Shown: positions 9,815-20,043, counted from the stretch's first letter. The stretch is DNA of 64,000 nucleotides from an uncultured virus (IMG/VR IMGVR_UViG_3300021958_000021) (IMGVR_UViG_3300021958_000021:62001-126000), one strand, 5' to 3'. Translations and numbers: made by a program. Notes: generated by a model from the sequence alone, not told the origin.

Positions 9815-10984
9815 TCAAAGGTTTCCTCCAACCATTTTATGAATGTCAGCCCAATCCATTTCGGCTAATTCTTCCATAGTAGGGAGTTTGATTTGGGCTT
9901 CTTCTTGAGCCTTAATGATGCTATCTCTTTCAGTCGTCAAAGACTTTCGGAGAGCAGTAAATTCCTGCTTAAGAGAAGCAATTTCGCTTTGTGCATCATA
10001 TTGCGACTTAGCGAGAATGTGTTCTCTTGAAGAGGTTTCAGCATTGAAACGAGCCTCAAATTGCTTTTGGAGGTTATCGTAAGCCAATTTCTCCAATTGT
10101 TCTTGACGGAAAGCCTCGTAAGCCTTCTCAATGTTTCCAACGGACAAATCAAGAGTTTCTAATTCTTGGTTGTCAAATGCCTTAACAACGGGCAAATCCG
10201 ATGCTCTTGGCTTTCCGTTGTCAATAACGACTCTATCGGCAGGTTCACCGATTTCAACGCCAGCACCGTCAAGGGTAGAAACATAAGCCTTTGCTTCGGA
10301 ATCACCGTAGCCCATGCTTTCTTCATCTTCTTCCATCGGCATACCCTTTTCATCTGCGGGCATATCCATACTTTCCTCTTCTTCTTCTTTACGGAGCATA
10401 TTCACTTCTTCCATCAAAGCGTCTAGTTCCGCTAATGCTTTTTCAATTTTGGTCATATTTTTCACCTTTTTATCTTGCTTTAAAATGTCAAATTTTGCTT
10501 CTGGATTAATTCCTTTTTCACAAATAGTGACTTCGTGTAATTCTAACTTTGAAATTTCATTGTATTGTCCAAATTCATCATTGGTTTTCTTTACTTTTTC
10601 TAAAGCCTGTCCTCCAATACTGAAACTTCTTAATGAACCTTTTCTAATGCCTCGGTTAATTTCTTTGGCTTTTTCAATATCATCTCTTAACTTAATAACA
10701 ACAAAGAATCCAACATCATCAACTTCAGTTTTCCATATTCGTCCTGTTTTATCTCGGTATGATTCAACAACTTCCCCAACTTGAACATTTGAATGATTAG
10801 TCATTACATTTCTAAACTTGGGGTTCTCCATATATTTTTTAACAGCATCATTGAGTGCTTTAAGTGTAATTAAGTCATTTTGCTTATCAACGATTTCAAT
10901 GCTTGCATATCCACCAATCATTAATTCGTCGCTTTTTAGAATCCTGAAATCTTGAGTTGTGTTTCTCATCACAGCAGAAGTCAT
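9815..10984 (-). CDS. Prohead protease (HK97-type) fused to a C-terminal scaffold
   Basis: IGGYASIEIVDKQND, NH, SFSIGG and LHEVTICEKGINPEA motifs; acidic coiled-coil C-terminal half. Confidence 0.88.
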   Translation of the reverse strand: MTSAVMRNTTQDFRILKSDELMIGGYASIEIVDKQNDLITLKALNDAVKKYMENPKFRNVMTNHSNVQVGEVVESYRDKTGRIWKTEVDDVGFFVVIKLRDDIEKAKEINRGIRKGSLRSFSIGGQALEKVKKTNDEFGQYNEISKLELHEVTICEKGINPEAKFDILKQDKKVKNMTKIEKALAELDALMEEVNMLRKEEEEESMDMPADEKGMPMEEDEESMGYGDSEAKAYVSTLDGAGVEIGEPADRVVIDNGKPRASDLPVVKAFDNQELETLDLSVGNIEKAYEAFRQEQLEKLAYDNLQKQFEARFNAETSSREHILAKSQYDAQSEIASLKQEFTALRKSLTTERDSIIKAQEEAQIKLPTMEELAEMDWADIHKMVGGNL

Positions 10985-11014
10985 TCTTCCTCACCCCTAC
11001 TAACCAATATCCAG

Positions 11015-11022
11015 TATATAAA
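11015..11022 (-). promoter_or_regulatory. Archaeal TATA box upstream of the protease/capsid operon
   Basis: TTTATATA on the minus strand about 30 nt upstream of the protease ATG, with a GGGGTGAGG RBS between them. Confidence 0.5.
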
Positions 11023-11028
11023 GAACAC

Positions 11029-14010
11029 CTAATCCTCAACAGGAAGGGGCAATTTGTTATACCTATCCTCATAAATATTCCACTTTCCTTCATCCCCGTC
11101 TTTATCAGCAGGTTTTTGTTTGAATCCTGTCCATGCTAACCACATAGACTGTCCATCAACTTCAATGACTCTATAATGCATTTTAGTTTCAAATTTATTG
11201 CCTTCTAAGAAATATTCATGGTAGCCGTCCCTTTGAATACCTAGACGAATTTTACCAGAATCTATAAGTTTTCCCTTAGAAACAGTCTTTGCTACTTCTG
11301 CTGGATATTTACCAGCCGCACCGAATAAGTCAAACATCTCTTCTTCATTTTCAATGTTAATTGTCCAGAACATATTTTCTGTTTTAAGTTTAATTGCTAG
11401 AGTTAAATTATCATCTTCTCTAGCATAAATTTTAAATTCTCCTTCTCTTAATTCAGGAGGTGTTTTATATTCTCCTTCTACTGCTTTAATATCCTCTTTT
11501 AGCATAGCATATTTATCACTAAAACCAGAGTCTCCGTGAACGCATTTTTGATATTCTTCTAAGGCTCGTTTTAGTTCACCTATATCTACCCCATCTACGG
11601 TAGTATCAAAAAATTCTTCAACTACTTCCACTAATATTTCACATTTTAAAGTATCTACTGCATTATTCATGGCTTGCACTTCTGCCTCATAATTGTTTTC
11701 CCAATTATCCTCTTCAAATTCTTCTGGTCTTGACAAAACATCTTCATATAGTTTTTCATAACTGCCATAATATCTAATATGAGCGTCTAGGGTTTGTTTT
11801 CTGTTTTGTTTAATGGCTTCCTTTAAATTGCGACAACATTCATCATCTTCGTTTGTATCAATTTGAACTGCATCATCTTCTTCTGCTTCTTCAATGATTT
11901 CTTTAGTGCGAACCAATTCAGCCATTTTAGTTAAACTTTTTTTAATTTCCTCTTCCTGCATAATTTTATCATCATCAGCAGCAATTTTATTATCTTTTTC
12001 ACTAATACCGTCTCTAAGGACAGCCCATTGTTTTAATTTCTTTTCACTAGAATCAAGAACTTCTTCATATAAGTCCTTATGTTTTTCTTTCAAAAAATTA
12101 TGTAATTGTCTCGGAGTCTGTTCTCCATTTAATTTTAGGTGCTGAAACATAGCAACAGTTAATTCACTTTGTTTAGTTTTCATAATGTCCAATGCCTGTT
12201 GCTTCCACATATCTAAATCCATAGTAGCGTTCTTAGACATTAAATTATTTTCTTCATATCCATAAATAGTAAATCCATCTAAATCATATTTTATGATTAC
12301 ATTTGCTTCTCCGTGAATATGGTCTGTAATTTTAATACCTTTCTTAAATGCTTCAACATTATAGTTTAAAGATTTTTTGGTGTCTTGAGACAATAATTCC
12401 AAAGTGACTAATTTATCGGGATGTTCAACTTCAGGAACTTCAATTACTTTAGCAGAAAATAAACTATACCCTTCTCCTTTCTTTTTAACTTCATCCACTT
12501 TAACTCGGATAATATCTCCAATATCAACAGAAATTTTAGTATTTAAAGCCCTACCTACATTTAAGTATTGTCTTTTATTAACATCAACTGTTCCTTCCAT
12601 TTCTTCTGTGATTGGCCCAACACCAACACTATAAGAATAAAGATTACTCTTGGTCTTTTTCTTGTCAAGAACAATAACATCTAAATCAACAAACTTTTTC
12701 CATTTAATCCACTTAGGATTTTTCTTTGTTCCGATATAATAAGTTGAAGTAGAGTCTTTAATAACTACTCCCTCAGAAGCAGGGTTTTCCATAATTTCTT
12801 TTGAATACTTTTCAATATCCTTTAAGTTATCTGCTTGTCTTGTATCTTTCTTTGATGGGAAAGCAATCACTTCATTTGTTTTTGAAGAATAATTGTTGAA
12901 TAATATAGTCATTCTATTTTCTAATTCCTCATCAGCGAGAGTTTGAGATTCATGTCGTATAATATCAAAGACATGACAACGCAGTTTTGCATCTTTGTAT
13001 TTTCCTTTGAAAACATGAGCGATAGTATCTGCTCTATGCAAGGGTTCACCTTCATCATCAAATAGAACTAATTCACCATCTAAAATACAATCACCATATT
13101 CTTTCTTTTTAAGTTCCTCAACTTGTTCTTTACATTTCTTAGTAATGTCTTTTTCATTATAAGAATATATTGTAACTTTGTCATCAATTTTATGTAATTG
13201 AACTCTCATACCATCATATTTTTCTTGAACATACCAATTTCCACTAAAGCCTTTTAATTCATTAATGTCATCTATTTCAAATATTCTATACATGGGTTTA
13301 TTGGGAACAATAAATTGTGAAATTGATTTTTTCTCATCACTTGGAACAGACTTAGAAAGACCTTCAATATCAATTAATTCTTCCCATTCTTTTTGTTCTT
13401 TCTTAGAAAAGAAAATTAGTTCTAACATATCCATAGCAGCCTTTACTTTAGATTCAACTTTCTTTGAGTCTTTTCCATCCCCGTAATGCTCAATAATATA
13501 GAGGGCTACATCGTCTGATTCTAGGTCAAGTCCGATAAGACCCTCCGTAATTGTGTCGGGGGTCATGCCTTTAACCTCATAAATGTCATCAGATAGTGCT
13601 TTATTGTTGTCTCTTATTGCATAATGCACAAACTTAACCATAGATTCGGGATTATCTAACAATTCTTCAAGAACACCATCCTTGAACATGGAGGCGAAGG
13701 GGTCGTCCACAATGGACGAAGAATAACGAAGAAGTTTAATATTTTCAAACAGTTCTTTAGCCTGTCTTGAAGTAGGGTCTTTAGTGTCCTTATCTTCTAA
13801 ATTTTTTTCATCAATAAAGTTCCGCATTTCTTTTCCTGCGGCATCTGTTTCATTATATGATTCAATGATAGTATCAACTGCTTTACGCCAACGACCACTA
13901 TACTCATTAGGGTCTTGCTTTGCAGATAAATAGGCTACTCTTGTCTTTTCAAATAGACGAAGAATTTCTTGAGAAGGTTGTTTATCCTTCTCAATAGAAG
14001 CCAACTTCAT
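11029..14010 (-). CDS. Multidomain ATP-dependent DNA ligase-like protein in the head module
   Basis: QEKYDGMR, ILDGEL, VFDII, EGVVIK and KWIKWKK followed by an OB domain; C-terminus resembles a degenerate LigD phosphoesterase module (LIDSGK...EYFLEG). Confidence 0.8.
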   Translation of the reverse strand: MKLASIEKDKQPSQEILRLFEKTRVAYLSAKQDPNEYSGRWRKAVDTIIESYNETDAAGKEMRNFIDEKNLEDKDTKDPTSRQAKELFENIKLLRYSSSIVDDPFASMFKDGVLEELLDNPESMVKFVHYAIRDNNKALSDDIYEVKGMTPDTITEGLIGLDLESDDVALYIIEHYGDGKDSKKVESKVKAAMDMLELIFFSKKEQKEWEELIDIEGLSKSVPSDEKKSISQFIVPNKPMYRIFEIDDINELKGFSGNWYVQEKYDGMRVQLHKIDDKVTIYSYNEKDITKKCKEQVEELKKKEYGDCILDGELVLFDDEGEPLHRADTIAHVFKGKYKDAKLRCHVFDIIRHESQTLADEELENRMTILFNNYSSKTNEVIAFPSKKDTRQADNLKDIEKYSKEIMENPASEGVVIKDSTSTYYIGTKKNPKWIKWKKFVDLDVIVLDKKKTKSNLYSYSVGVGPITEEMEGTVDVNKRQYLNVGRALNTKISVDIGDIIRVKVDEVKKKGEGYSLFSAKVIEVPEVEHPDKLVTLELLSQDTKKSLNYNVEAFKKGIKITDHIHGEANVIIKYDLDGFTIYGYEENNLMSKNATMDLDMWKQQALDIMKTKQSELTVAMFQHLKLNGEQTPRQLHNFLKEKHKDLYEEVLDSSEKKLKQWAVLRDGISEKDNKIAADDDKIMQEEEIKKSLTKMAELVRTKEIIEEAEEDDAVQIDTNEDDECCRNLKEAIKQNRKQTLDAHIRYYGSYEKLYEDVLSRPEEFEEDNWENNYEAEVQAMNNAVDTLKCEILVEVVEEFFDTTVDGVDIGELKRALEEYQKCVHGDSGFSDKYAMLKEDIKAVEGEYKTPPELREGEFKIYAREDDNLTLAIKLKTENMFWTINIENEEEMFDLFGAAGKYPAEVAKTVSKGKLIDSGKIRLGIQRDGYHEYFLEGNKFETKMHYRVIEVDGQSMWLAWTGFKQKPADKDGDEGKWNIYEDRYNKLPLPVED

Positions 14011-14015
14011 ACTAA

Positions 14016-14561
14016 TCATCTATTTTTTTGGTATTCGGAGTCTAAAGTTTCTCCTGAATATTCCGAATCATAAGCAATCGTTTGTTCAGGAATTTGAGAT
14101 AATTCGCTTTCAAGTTCCATTAATTTCTTATTAACTTCAACAATTCTATTCATCATCTCATTCTGTTCATCGGGTTTAGCATCCTTGATTTGTTTAGATA
14201 ACCCAGTAAGCATAGCAGATAAACCATCAATTTGTCCAATCAATCTCATTCTTTGTTCATGGTCTAACATAGGATTAGTTTCATAATCTTCAGGTAAAAT
14301 GTTCTTTAGAATCTTAACCATTTTAGTTACTTCACCAGCATAAGCATGAAGAGTAGTCGGGCCATCATTTGATTCTGCCTTGTAGTTGTAATTTTCAGCC
14401 TTTGGTCGCTTCAATTTAACTGCTTCTGAATCATCATCTTCTGGACTACGGTTGTTGTCCATTAAGGATTGATAAAGCATTTCTTTTGCTTCTCTTGCTT
14501 TTTGAATCATAATACTGATTTTTCTTTCTTCTCTAGTAACTCTTTGAGGCATTTTAATCAC
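14016..14561 (-). CDS. Hypothetical coiled-coil protein
   Basis: 181 aa ORF in the operon. Confidence 0.6.
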   Translation of the reverse strand: MIKMPQRVTREERKISIMIQKAREAKEMLYQSLMDNNRSPEDDDSEAVKLKRPKAENYNYKAESNDGPTTLHAYAGEVTKMVKILKNILPEDYETNPMLDHEQRMRLIGQIDGLSAMLTGLSKQIKDAKPDEQNEMMNRIVEVNKKLMELESELSQIPEQTIAYDSEYSGETLDSEYQKNR

Positions 14562-14803
14562 TCCATCTTTGAAACCATTTTATGAATATCAGACCAATCC
14601 ATGCTAGAAACATCGGTAGTGGGTAATGAATCAAAACCACCAACAGTATTATCCATAGCAGGTGTTGGACTTTGTGAAACAACAAGACCCGCCTTCATCA
14701 AAAGACTGTCTTTTGCGTAGATTGTCTTTTCTAATGCTTCAACCTTTGCGGTCAAAGCCTTGATAATTTCTAAAACATCTTTGTTAATACTTTCTTCTGT
14801 CAT
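14558..14803 (-). CDS. Small scaffold-like protein
   Basis: Probable start MTEES; C-terminus LPT..SMDWSDIHKMV nearly identical to the protease-scaffold C-terminus. Confidence 0.6.
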   Translation of the reverse strand: MTEESINKDVLEIIKALTAKVEALEKTIYAKDSLLMKAGLVVSQSPTPAMDNTVGGFDSLPTTDVSSMDWSDIHKMVSKME

Positions 14804-14807
14804 AATA

Positions 14808-15062
14808 TCACATTCCAAATTTAGCCTTGCACCTGTCTCTTTCTTCCATATATTCTTTTTCAGACATTCCGCCCATTCCAAATTTCTTATTCAAACGGTC
14901 TATACAGGCAAGATAACTTTGAGAATCTAAAGTGCTTCCCCTCATGGGCTTTCTTCTACTTCCGCCTCTAAATCCTGCTGAACTCAGTCCTCTTCCTTTT
15001 GATACTTCATTACAGTCATCACAACCGCAACCATGTGCCTTTAATATATTTTTCCAACTCAT
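14808..15062 (-). CDS. WxxILK-tagged small Cys-containing protein
   Basis: N-terminus MSWKNILKAHGCGCDDC. Confidence 0.6.
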   Translation of the reverse strand: MSWKNILKAHGCGCDDCNEVSKGRGLSSAGFRGGSRRKPMRGSTLDSQSYLACIDRLNKKFGMGGMSEKEYMEERDRCKAKFGM

Positions 15063-15424
15063 TTCTTTTCCTCTCCTTTTCCACTAGGATAAACTAAATC
15101 TCTTAATTGCCGATAGAGTAACTCATACTCCTTACGCAACTTCGTAGCAGTAGCCACAATATCAATGTTGCGCTCATCCATAGACTTCATTTTTTTGTTT
15201 AATTTCTTATCTGACTTAGTTAAATCTAATTCTCTAAGAACCTCAATAAGTTCACCTAATTTAGTAAAGTCTTGACCGAAAAACTCAGTTGGTTCTGCGG
15301 CTTGAAGAGTTTTCTTTAACTTTTTTCTTCCTTTAGCATCTAAAGAATCAAGAAGTTTTTTAGGTTCTTGTTTTTTCTCTTTGAGAATAAAATTATCACC
15401 ATCACCATAATAGTCCCAAGTCAT
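15059..15424 (-). CDS. Hypothetical protein
   Basis: 121 aa ORF overlapping its neighbours. Confidence 0.6.
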   Translation of the reverse strand: MTWDYYGDGDNFILKEKKQEPKKLLDSLDAKGRKKLKKTLQAAEPTEFFGQDFTKLGELIEVLRELDLTKSDKKLNKKMKSMDERNIDIVATATKLRKEYELLYRQLRDLVYPSGKGEEKK

Positions 15425-17079
15425 TACTCTTCCTCCTGTGGTGAATCTTTGCCTTCAACTAAACTATCTAATTGCTTAACAATATCAAATAGTTGATTTT
15501 CTTTTTCTTTAAATTTATCAGAAACTTCTTCAAATTCCATTAATTCATTAACTGGAATTGTAGGGAATCCTTCAAAGAAGCCATCAACAATAGTTGTTGC
15601 AGTTGGATTTTCTTCCATAAACTCTTTAAAACCCATGTTTATTTGTCCTTCAGATTTTCTTGAAATTTTAGACATAGCAGTAGTGTGTTTCCTCATATAA
15701 GGTAACAAAGTAATTCCTTTTGTTAAAAGTCTTTTAACTTCAGCAATAGGTTCCATTTGTCTAAAACGATTTAAATAACTATTGAATTTAGAAATAGTTT
15801 CATTACTATCAAAAATATCAACATCTGCAATAACTCTATGGAGTTTTCTTTTTTCTGCTTTAATTTCTTTTTCTAATTCTTCAGTTGCTTCTTGAACATA
15901 TTTTTCTTTGTTATTTTTAATATCATTCATCATATCCATTAATTGTTTAATATTTTTGTCTCTTTTCTTTTTATTATCTCTTTTGTTTTTTGATTTACCA
16001 GAAGAGGCAATAACCGTTCTTAATGAAGTATTTAGTTTTTGAATTTTCCTAGCAATAAGTTTATCTTTATCTGCAAGTATTTTTTCTAATTCTGCAATTT
16101 TTTCTTCATAAAATATTTTAGATTGTTGAATTTCTCTTTTATCTTTTTTAATTCTATCAATTCTTCTTAATGCCCTTTCATATTCTGCATTTGTAGAGCC
16201 TTCTGTTCTTCTTCTCGCTCTTTGTAGCATTCTTAATCGTTCTGCTTTAACCTTGCCTCTAGGAACAAGATTCCTTGGTTGCCTTTTATATTTTTGAACA
16301 TGAAGTAATCTAAACATTTCTAAGAAATCAATACTATCAACAACTGTTCCAGATTCTTCAACAGCCATTTCAAAATCAAGAATAGTATTAATATTAGATA
16401 TTAGTCTATTAACATCAATATCTTCTCCTCTTTTAGTTTCTTCTCTTTCTTTTCTTGAAATAGTATAGGACTTACCTGTTAATATACCATCAACTAAGTA
16501 TTCTCCATATTGTTCTTCTAAGTAGTCGGGATTATTCTTAATTGTTTGAAGTAAAGTAAGTAATTTAGAAGATTCACCTGAAGTTGCACCTAATCTTAAG
16601 TAATCTTGCATGGCTCCTCTAACAGTTAGTTTATTTTCTTCTTTAACTACTTTAATTTTATCAGAATTTCTAACCATATCAATTAAAATATCAACTTGAA
16701 ATTCAAGTTGTGAAAGAAACTTATATGCAGAATCTTCTTTATTTTTTCTATCAACTGCTTCTCCTAATCTTCTTTCAGAAAGAACTCTTTTCCTAGCATC
16801 TTCTTCTTCAACTACACTATCATAAACTTCATCAGCATCTTCTTCTTCACTTAATCTTTCATCAGCCCTTCTTGCGGCTTCATCATCTTCTTCTTCTTTA
16901 GCAATACGAATGTATTTACGATAGGAAATCATATTTTCCGAAGTGATATTATCCATCAATGATTTTTTAAGAATAGAAATACTTGCCCCTTCTTTAACTA
17001 AAGCAGCAGTAGTGTCATCTAAATCAGCCTTTCTCAAGACATTTATCAAAGATTTGTCTTTGGCTAATTCGTAGAACAT
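15424..17079 (-). CDS. Large charged coiled-coil protein (putative internal head protein)
   Basis: 551 aa, E/K-rich; GAGGTGG RBS. Confidence 0.6.
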   Translation of the reverse strand: MFYELAKDKSLINVLRKADLDDTTAALVKEGASISILKKSLMDNITSENMISYRKYIRIAKEEEDDEAARRADERLSEEEDADEVYDSVVEEEDARKRVLSERRLGEAVDRKNKEDSAYKFLSQLEFQVDILIDMVRNSDKIKVVKEENKLTVRGAMQDYLRLGATSGESSKLLTLLQTIKNNPDYLEEQYGEYLVDGILTGKSYTISRKEREETKRGEDIDVNRLISNINTILDFEMAVEESGTVVDSIDFLEMFRLLHVQKYKRQPRNLVPRGKVKAERLRMLQRARRRTEGSTNAEYERALRRIDRIKKDKREIQQSKIFYEEKIAELEKILADKDKLIARKIQKLNTSLRTVIASSGKSKNKRDNKKKRDKNIKQLMDMMNDIKNNKEKYVQEATEELEKEIKAEKRKLHRVIADVDIFDSNETISKFNSYLNRFRQMEPIAEVKRLLTKGITLLPYMRKHTTAMSKISRKSEGQINMGFKEFMEENPTATTIVDGFFEGFPTIPVNELMEFEEVSDKFKEKENQLFDIVKQLDSLVEGKDSPQEEE

Positions 17080-17088
17080 TTAACCACC

Positions 17089-17313
17089 TCAAAAGGGAAT
17101 GTTTTCTTTCTTTCCTCTTTTCCTAGAAGGAAGGAGAATAACATCAGGATTATCAGCAGAAGAAGGTAAAGATTTATGAGAGGAATCTGGAGGAAGTCCA
17201 ACAGACATATCTTTATTCTTTTGAACCTTATTATTTTCTTGAGCCGTCATAGCCTTAACTTTGGCTAACTCTTGAGTCAATCTTCTTTGCTTTTGGTGTA
17301 AATCTTCGCTCAT
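17089..17313 (-). CDS. Hypothetical protein
   Basis: 74 aa ORF in the operon. Confidence 0.55.
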   Translation of the reverse strand: MSEDLHQKQRRLTQELAKVKAMTAQENNKVQKNKDMSVGLPPDSSHKSLPSSADNPDVILLPSRKRGKKENIPF

Positions 17314-17639
17314 AGTTTTTCCTCCAATGTTCCCTGTGTTCTTTCTAAAATAGCAATGATTTGTTCTTTGGAAAGGCTTTTAATATAATTAGTAGCCCTA
17401 TCAATTAAATCTTCTCTTGTCATTTCAGCAAGATTAGACATATCTTCTTCAAAAACCATATCTAAACTATCCACTCTTCCTCTTGGATTTAGGTCAGCAA
17501 TAGGATTTCCTCCCTTCATTCTTGTTTGAGTGGGTCTTTTGACCTTATTACTCAAAACCTTTTCAGGGATTTCTTTACCCCCTCCAAGTTTGCCTTTTCT
17601 ATCTCTTACTGCTTTTAAAATATTTTCCCAATTATTCAT
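17310..17639 (-). CDS. WxxILK-tagged protein
   Basis: Probable start MNNWENILKA immediately after the portal stop. Confidence 0.6.
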   Translation of the reverse strand: MNNWENILKAVRDRKGKLGGGKEIPEKVLSNKVKRPTQTRMKGGNPIADLNPRGRVDSLDMVFEEDMSNLAEMTREDLIDRATNYIKSLSKEQIIAILERTQGTLEEKL

Positions 17640-17640
17640 C

Positions 17641-19281
17641 TTAATCAACTCTCCTTTCGGTTCTGTTGTCATTGTTTTGATTACCTGCATCTAATGGTAA
17701 TCCCGAAAGTCTCTTATCGGGTGCTACGCTCATCCTGCTTTTATTCCTTGTGGCGGGTGGGTTCTCTTGAGGTTTCCCTCCGCCTTCCATAGCCTGTTCT
17801 TGCATCTGCCCTAGTTGTGAAGCATCAATATTTGTTCCTGCATAGGGGTCAGGAGCCGCTTGTTCTCCTTCACCTTCTGCTGGCGGTTTTTCTTCGGGTT
17901 CAGGTTTCTTAAAAGTAAAGTTACCATCTTCATCCATATCAACATCAAATCCTAAATTTTTAGTTGATGCTGCGATATTAACTTCTATTTCACGCTTACG
18001 AAGAACAGCAATTTCATCTTCTTCTTCGCTCGGTGGTAATTTCAAATCCCAATCTGTAATTCCAAATTGTTTAACAAGGAACGGAAATACATAATTATTA
18101 TACACAGTTTGTGCTTTTTGAACTGCACGATTTGTTACGAGGATTTGCATACCTTCATTGTTTAATCCACCGCTTGTAGTGTTATCAGCCATGAATACTT
18201 TACTTACACCATAGAACGCTGAAATTCTATCTCGCAAATCATCTTTAACAGAAACATAATCCATTTCCTTAAGACTATCCATGAACTTAATCCATTCAAC
18301 TGCTCCCTTACCACTTTCTGCTTCAATTCCCATAACTGGGATAAAATGAGGGTCAGCCTCCATTTTTTCTTTTACTGAACGCCAAAAAGAACGCATTGAG
18401 TCCATATTTCTAGTTTGAACTGCAAGTAATCCTCTCGGCATTCTGCTCTTAGTATAAGATTGATTAACATAGTTTTCCATAGCAATAAGAGTCATAATAT
18501 TATTAAATAAAGTAATAACAGGAGACATACCATAAAGACGAGAAGGACTATATTTACTAAAATGTAATACTTCTCCCTTTAAAAAGTGCTGGTCTTCCCC
18601 ATTTACTCTATTAACATAATGAATAGGAAATAAATTACTATCACAGACTTCACATCTTTCGTGAGGGTCAGGATGAATGACTCCACGATGATTTACACAA
18701 GTGAAACCTTTAGTTCCTCTTTGTCCATTTTCATCACTATAAATAAACATAGTAACTGGGTCGCCACGATAAATTTCTTTAATTCTATGCATTCTAATTT
18801 TACCATTACCATCAATAAAATATTCTTTAACCAAAACAATGTAAGCATCGTCCATGATATTTAAATCATCTTCAAGTTCTTGAAGAACATCAATAAATAG
18901 TTGTTCAGATTTATTAACATATCCTTCAATGAATCTTTCAGCATATTCTAATTGTTTAACATCAGGAATTTTTAAATCAGGACTTTTACAACGAGAACAT
19001 TCTTGAACAGGTCTTTTATGTTCTTTTCCACAAGAATTACATAGTGCTTCATAAGACTTTTCCCAAACATATCCTCTTCTAAAAACTTCTTGTTTTAGTT
19101 GAGTAATACAAGTTCTAGCAATAACAGATTGATTAACAATATTATAGATAATTGGGCCAGTCATCATGTGATTGGTTTCCCTTTCTTGGATGCCCATATT
19201 GAAAACTTTTCTATCAGCAGGTTTAGGAGTTTGCCTCCTAAAGAGGTTACTAAAACTAAATCTTCTGCTATCTTCAGCCAT
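17641..19281 (-). CDS. Portal protein with Zn-ribbon insertions
   Basis: EVLHFSKYSPSRLYGMSPV and RISAFYGVS portal-like motifs; inserted CNSC/CSRC and CVNH/CEVC pairs. Confidence 0.85.
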   Translation of the reverse strand: MAEDSRRFSFSNLFRRQTPKPADRKVFNMGIQERETNHMMTGPIIYNIVNQSVIARTCITQLKQEVFRRGYVWEKSYEALCNSCGKEHKRPVQECSRCKSPDLKIPDVKQLEYAERFIEGYVNKSEQLFIDVLQELEDDLNIMDDAYIVLVKEYFIDGNGKIRMHRIKEIYRGDPVTMFIYSDENGQRGTKGFTCVNHRGVIHPDPHERCEVCDSNLFPIHYVNRVNGEDQHFLKGEVLHFSKYSPSRLYGMSPVITLFNNIMTLIAMENYVNQSYTKSRMPRGLLAVQTRNMDSMRSFWRSVKEKMEADPHFIPVMGIEAESGKGAVEWIKFMDSLKEMDYVSVKDDLRDRISAFYGVSKVFMADNTTSGGLNNEGMQILVTNRAVQKAQTVYNNYVFPFLVKQFGITDWDLKLPPSEEEDEIAVLRKREIEVNIAASTKNLGFDVDMDEDGNFTFKKPEPEEKPPAEGEGEQAAPDPYAGTNIDASQLGQMQEQAMEGGGKPQENPPATRNKSRMSVAPDKRLSGLPLDAGNQNNDNRTERRVD

Positions 19282-19334
19282 TGATTACACCCCCTGTTTA
19301 AAGCCTACGCTATTCCTGCCTATCAACGCTTCGG

Positions 19335-19586
19335 TTAGGGTCGTCCACTATCCTCAACATCATACCTTTCATTACTTGAACGAAGCATTTCTTCAAGAAT
19401 ACCCTTTAAACACATAACTTGCTTTTCAGGGCGTTTATATCCAAGTTTAAGATAGTAGATGACCATTCTTTTATTAATATCAGATAAATTACTAAAGCGA
19501 ACATATTTAGTTCTATCTTTTGGTAATTTATCAGAAACAATTCCTTCTTTTAATTCTTTCCAAGTCATTGACATTAATATCACCAC
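19335..19586 (-). CDS. Hypothetical protein
   Basis: 83 aa ORF; MTWKELK near the N-terminus. Confidence 0.5.
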   Translation of the reverse strand: MVILMSMTWKELKEGIVSDKLPKDRTKYVRFSNLSDINKRMVIYYLKLGYKRPEKQVMCLKGILEEMLRSSNERYDVEDSGRP

Positions 19587-19867
19587 AATTTTTTACAGGC
19601 TAAACATTTAGGAGTAGTAATTCTTCCTTTACATTGGTCACAGTTATGTCGTGCTTTGAAATTAGCACGACGCTTTTTGTTAGTATGTGTTCCGCCACCA
19701 CGATTCTTTCCTTTTCCTTTGTAATTACCATAACCCTTCGCACCAGCATGAATTTTCTTTCCTTCGTGAGTAAGCATCATAATTTTCTTACCTTCCCTAT
19801 CAGAAGCATAAACACGACCAACTCTCATATCTTTTTTGTCTTTCTTTAAAATTTCTTCCCATACCAT
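19580..19867 (-). CDS. WxxILK-tagged basic protein (RR..F.ARH.C family)
   Basis: MVWEEILKK; HAGAKGYGNY...KRRANFKARHNC resembles small basic proteins of large dsDNA viruses. Confidence 0.6.
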   Translation of the reverse strand: MVWEEILKKDKKDMRVGRVYASDREGKKIMMLTHEGKKIHAGAKGYGNYKGKGKNRGGGTHTNKKRRANFKARHNCDQCKGRITTPKCLACKKLW

Positions 19868-19878
19868 AATATCATCTC

Positions 19879-20043
19879 CTAATAAGGCTTTGTCCATAAT
19901 TTTGCTTCATCAATTTTACAAGTCCAACAGCGTTTGGAAATAGTTTCTTTTTTACATTTTCTACAAACGGTTGCGTATCTAATTTTTTTAGGCAGTTTTG
20001 TTCTTACTCTATGCTTAAAAACATCATAATGTCTGCGAGGCAT
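19879..20043 (-). CDS. Small basic Zn-ribbon protein (54 aa, not in the ORF track)
   Basis: Hand-translated MPRRHYDVFKHRV...CRKC...CWTC; fills the gap between neighbours. Confidence 0.55.
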   Translation of the reverse strand: MPRRHYDVFKHRVRTKLPKKIRYATVCRKCKKETISKRCWTCKIDEAKLWTKPY

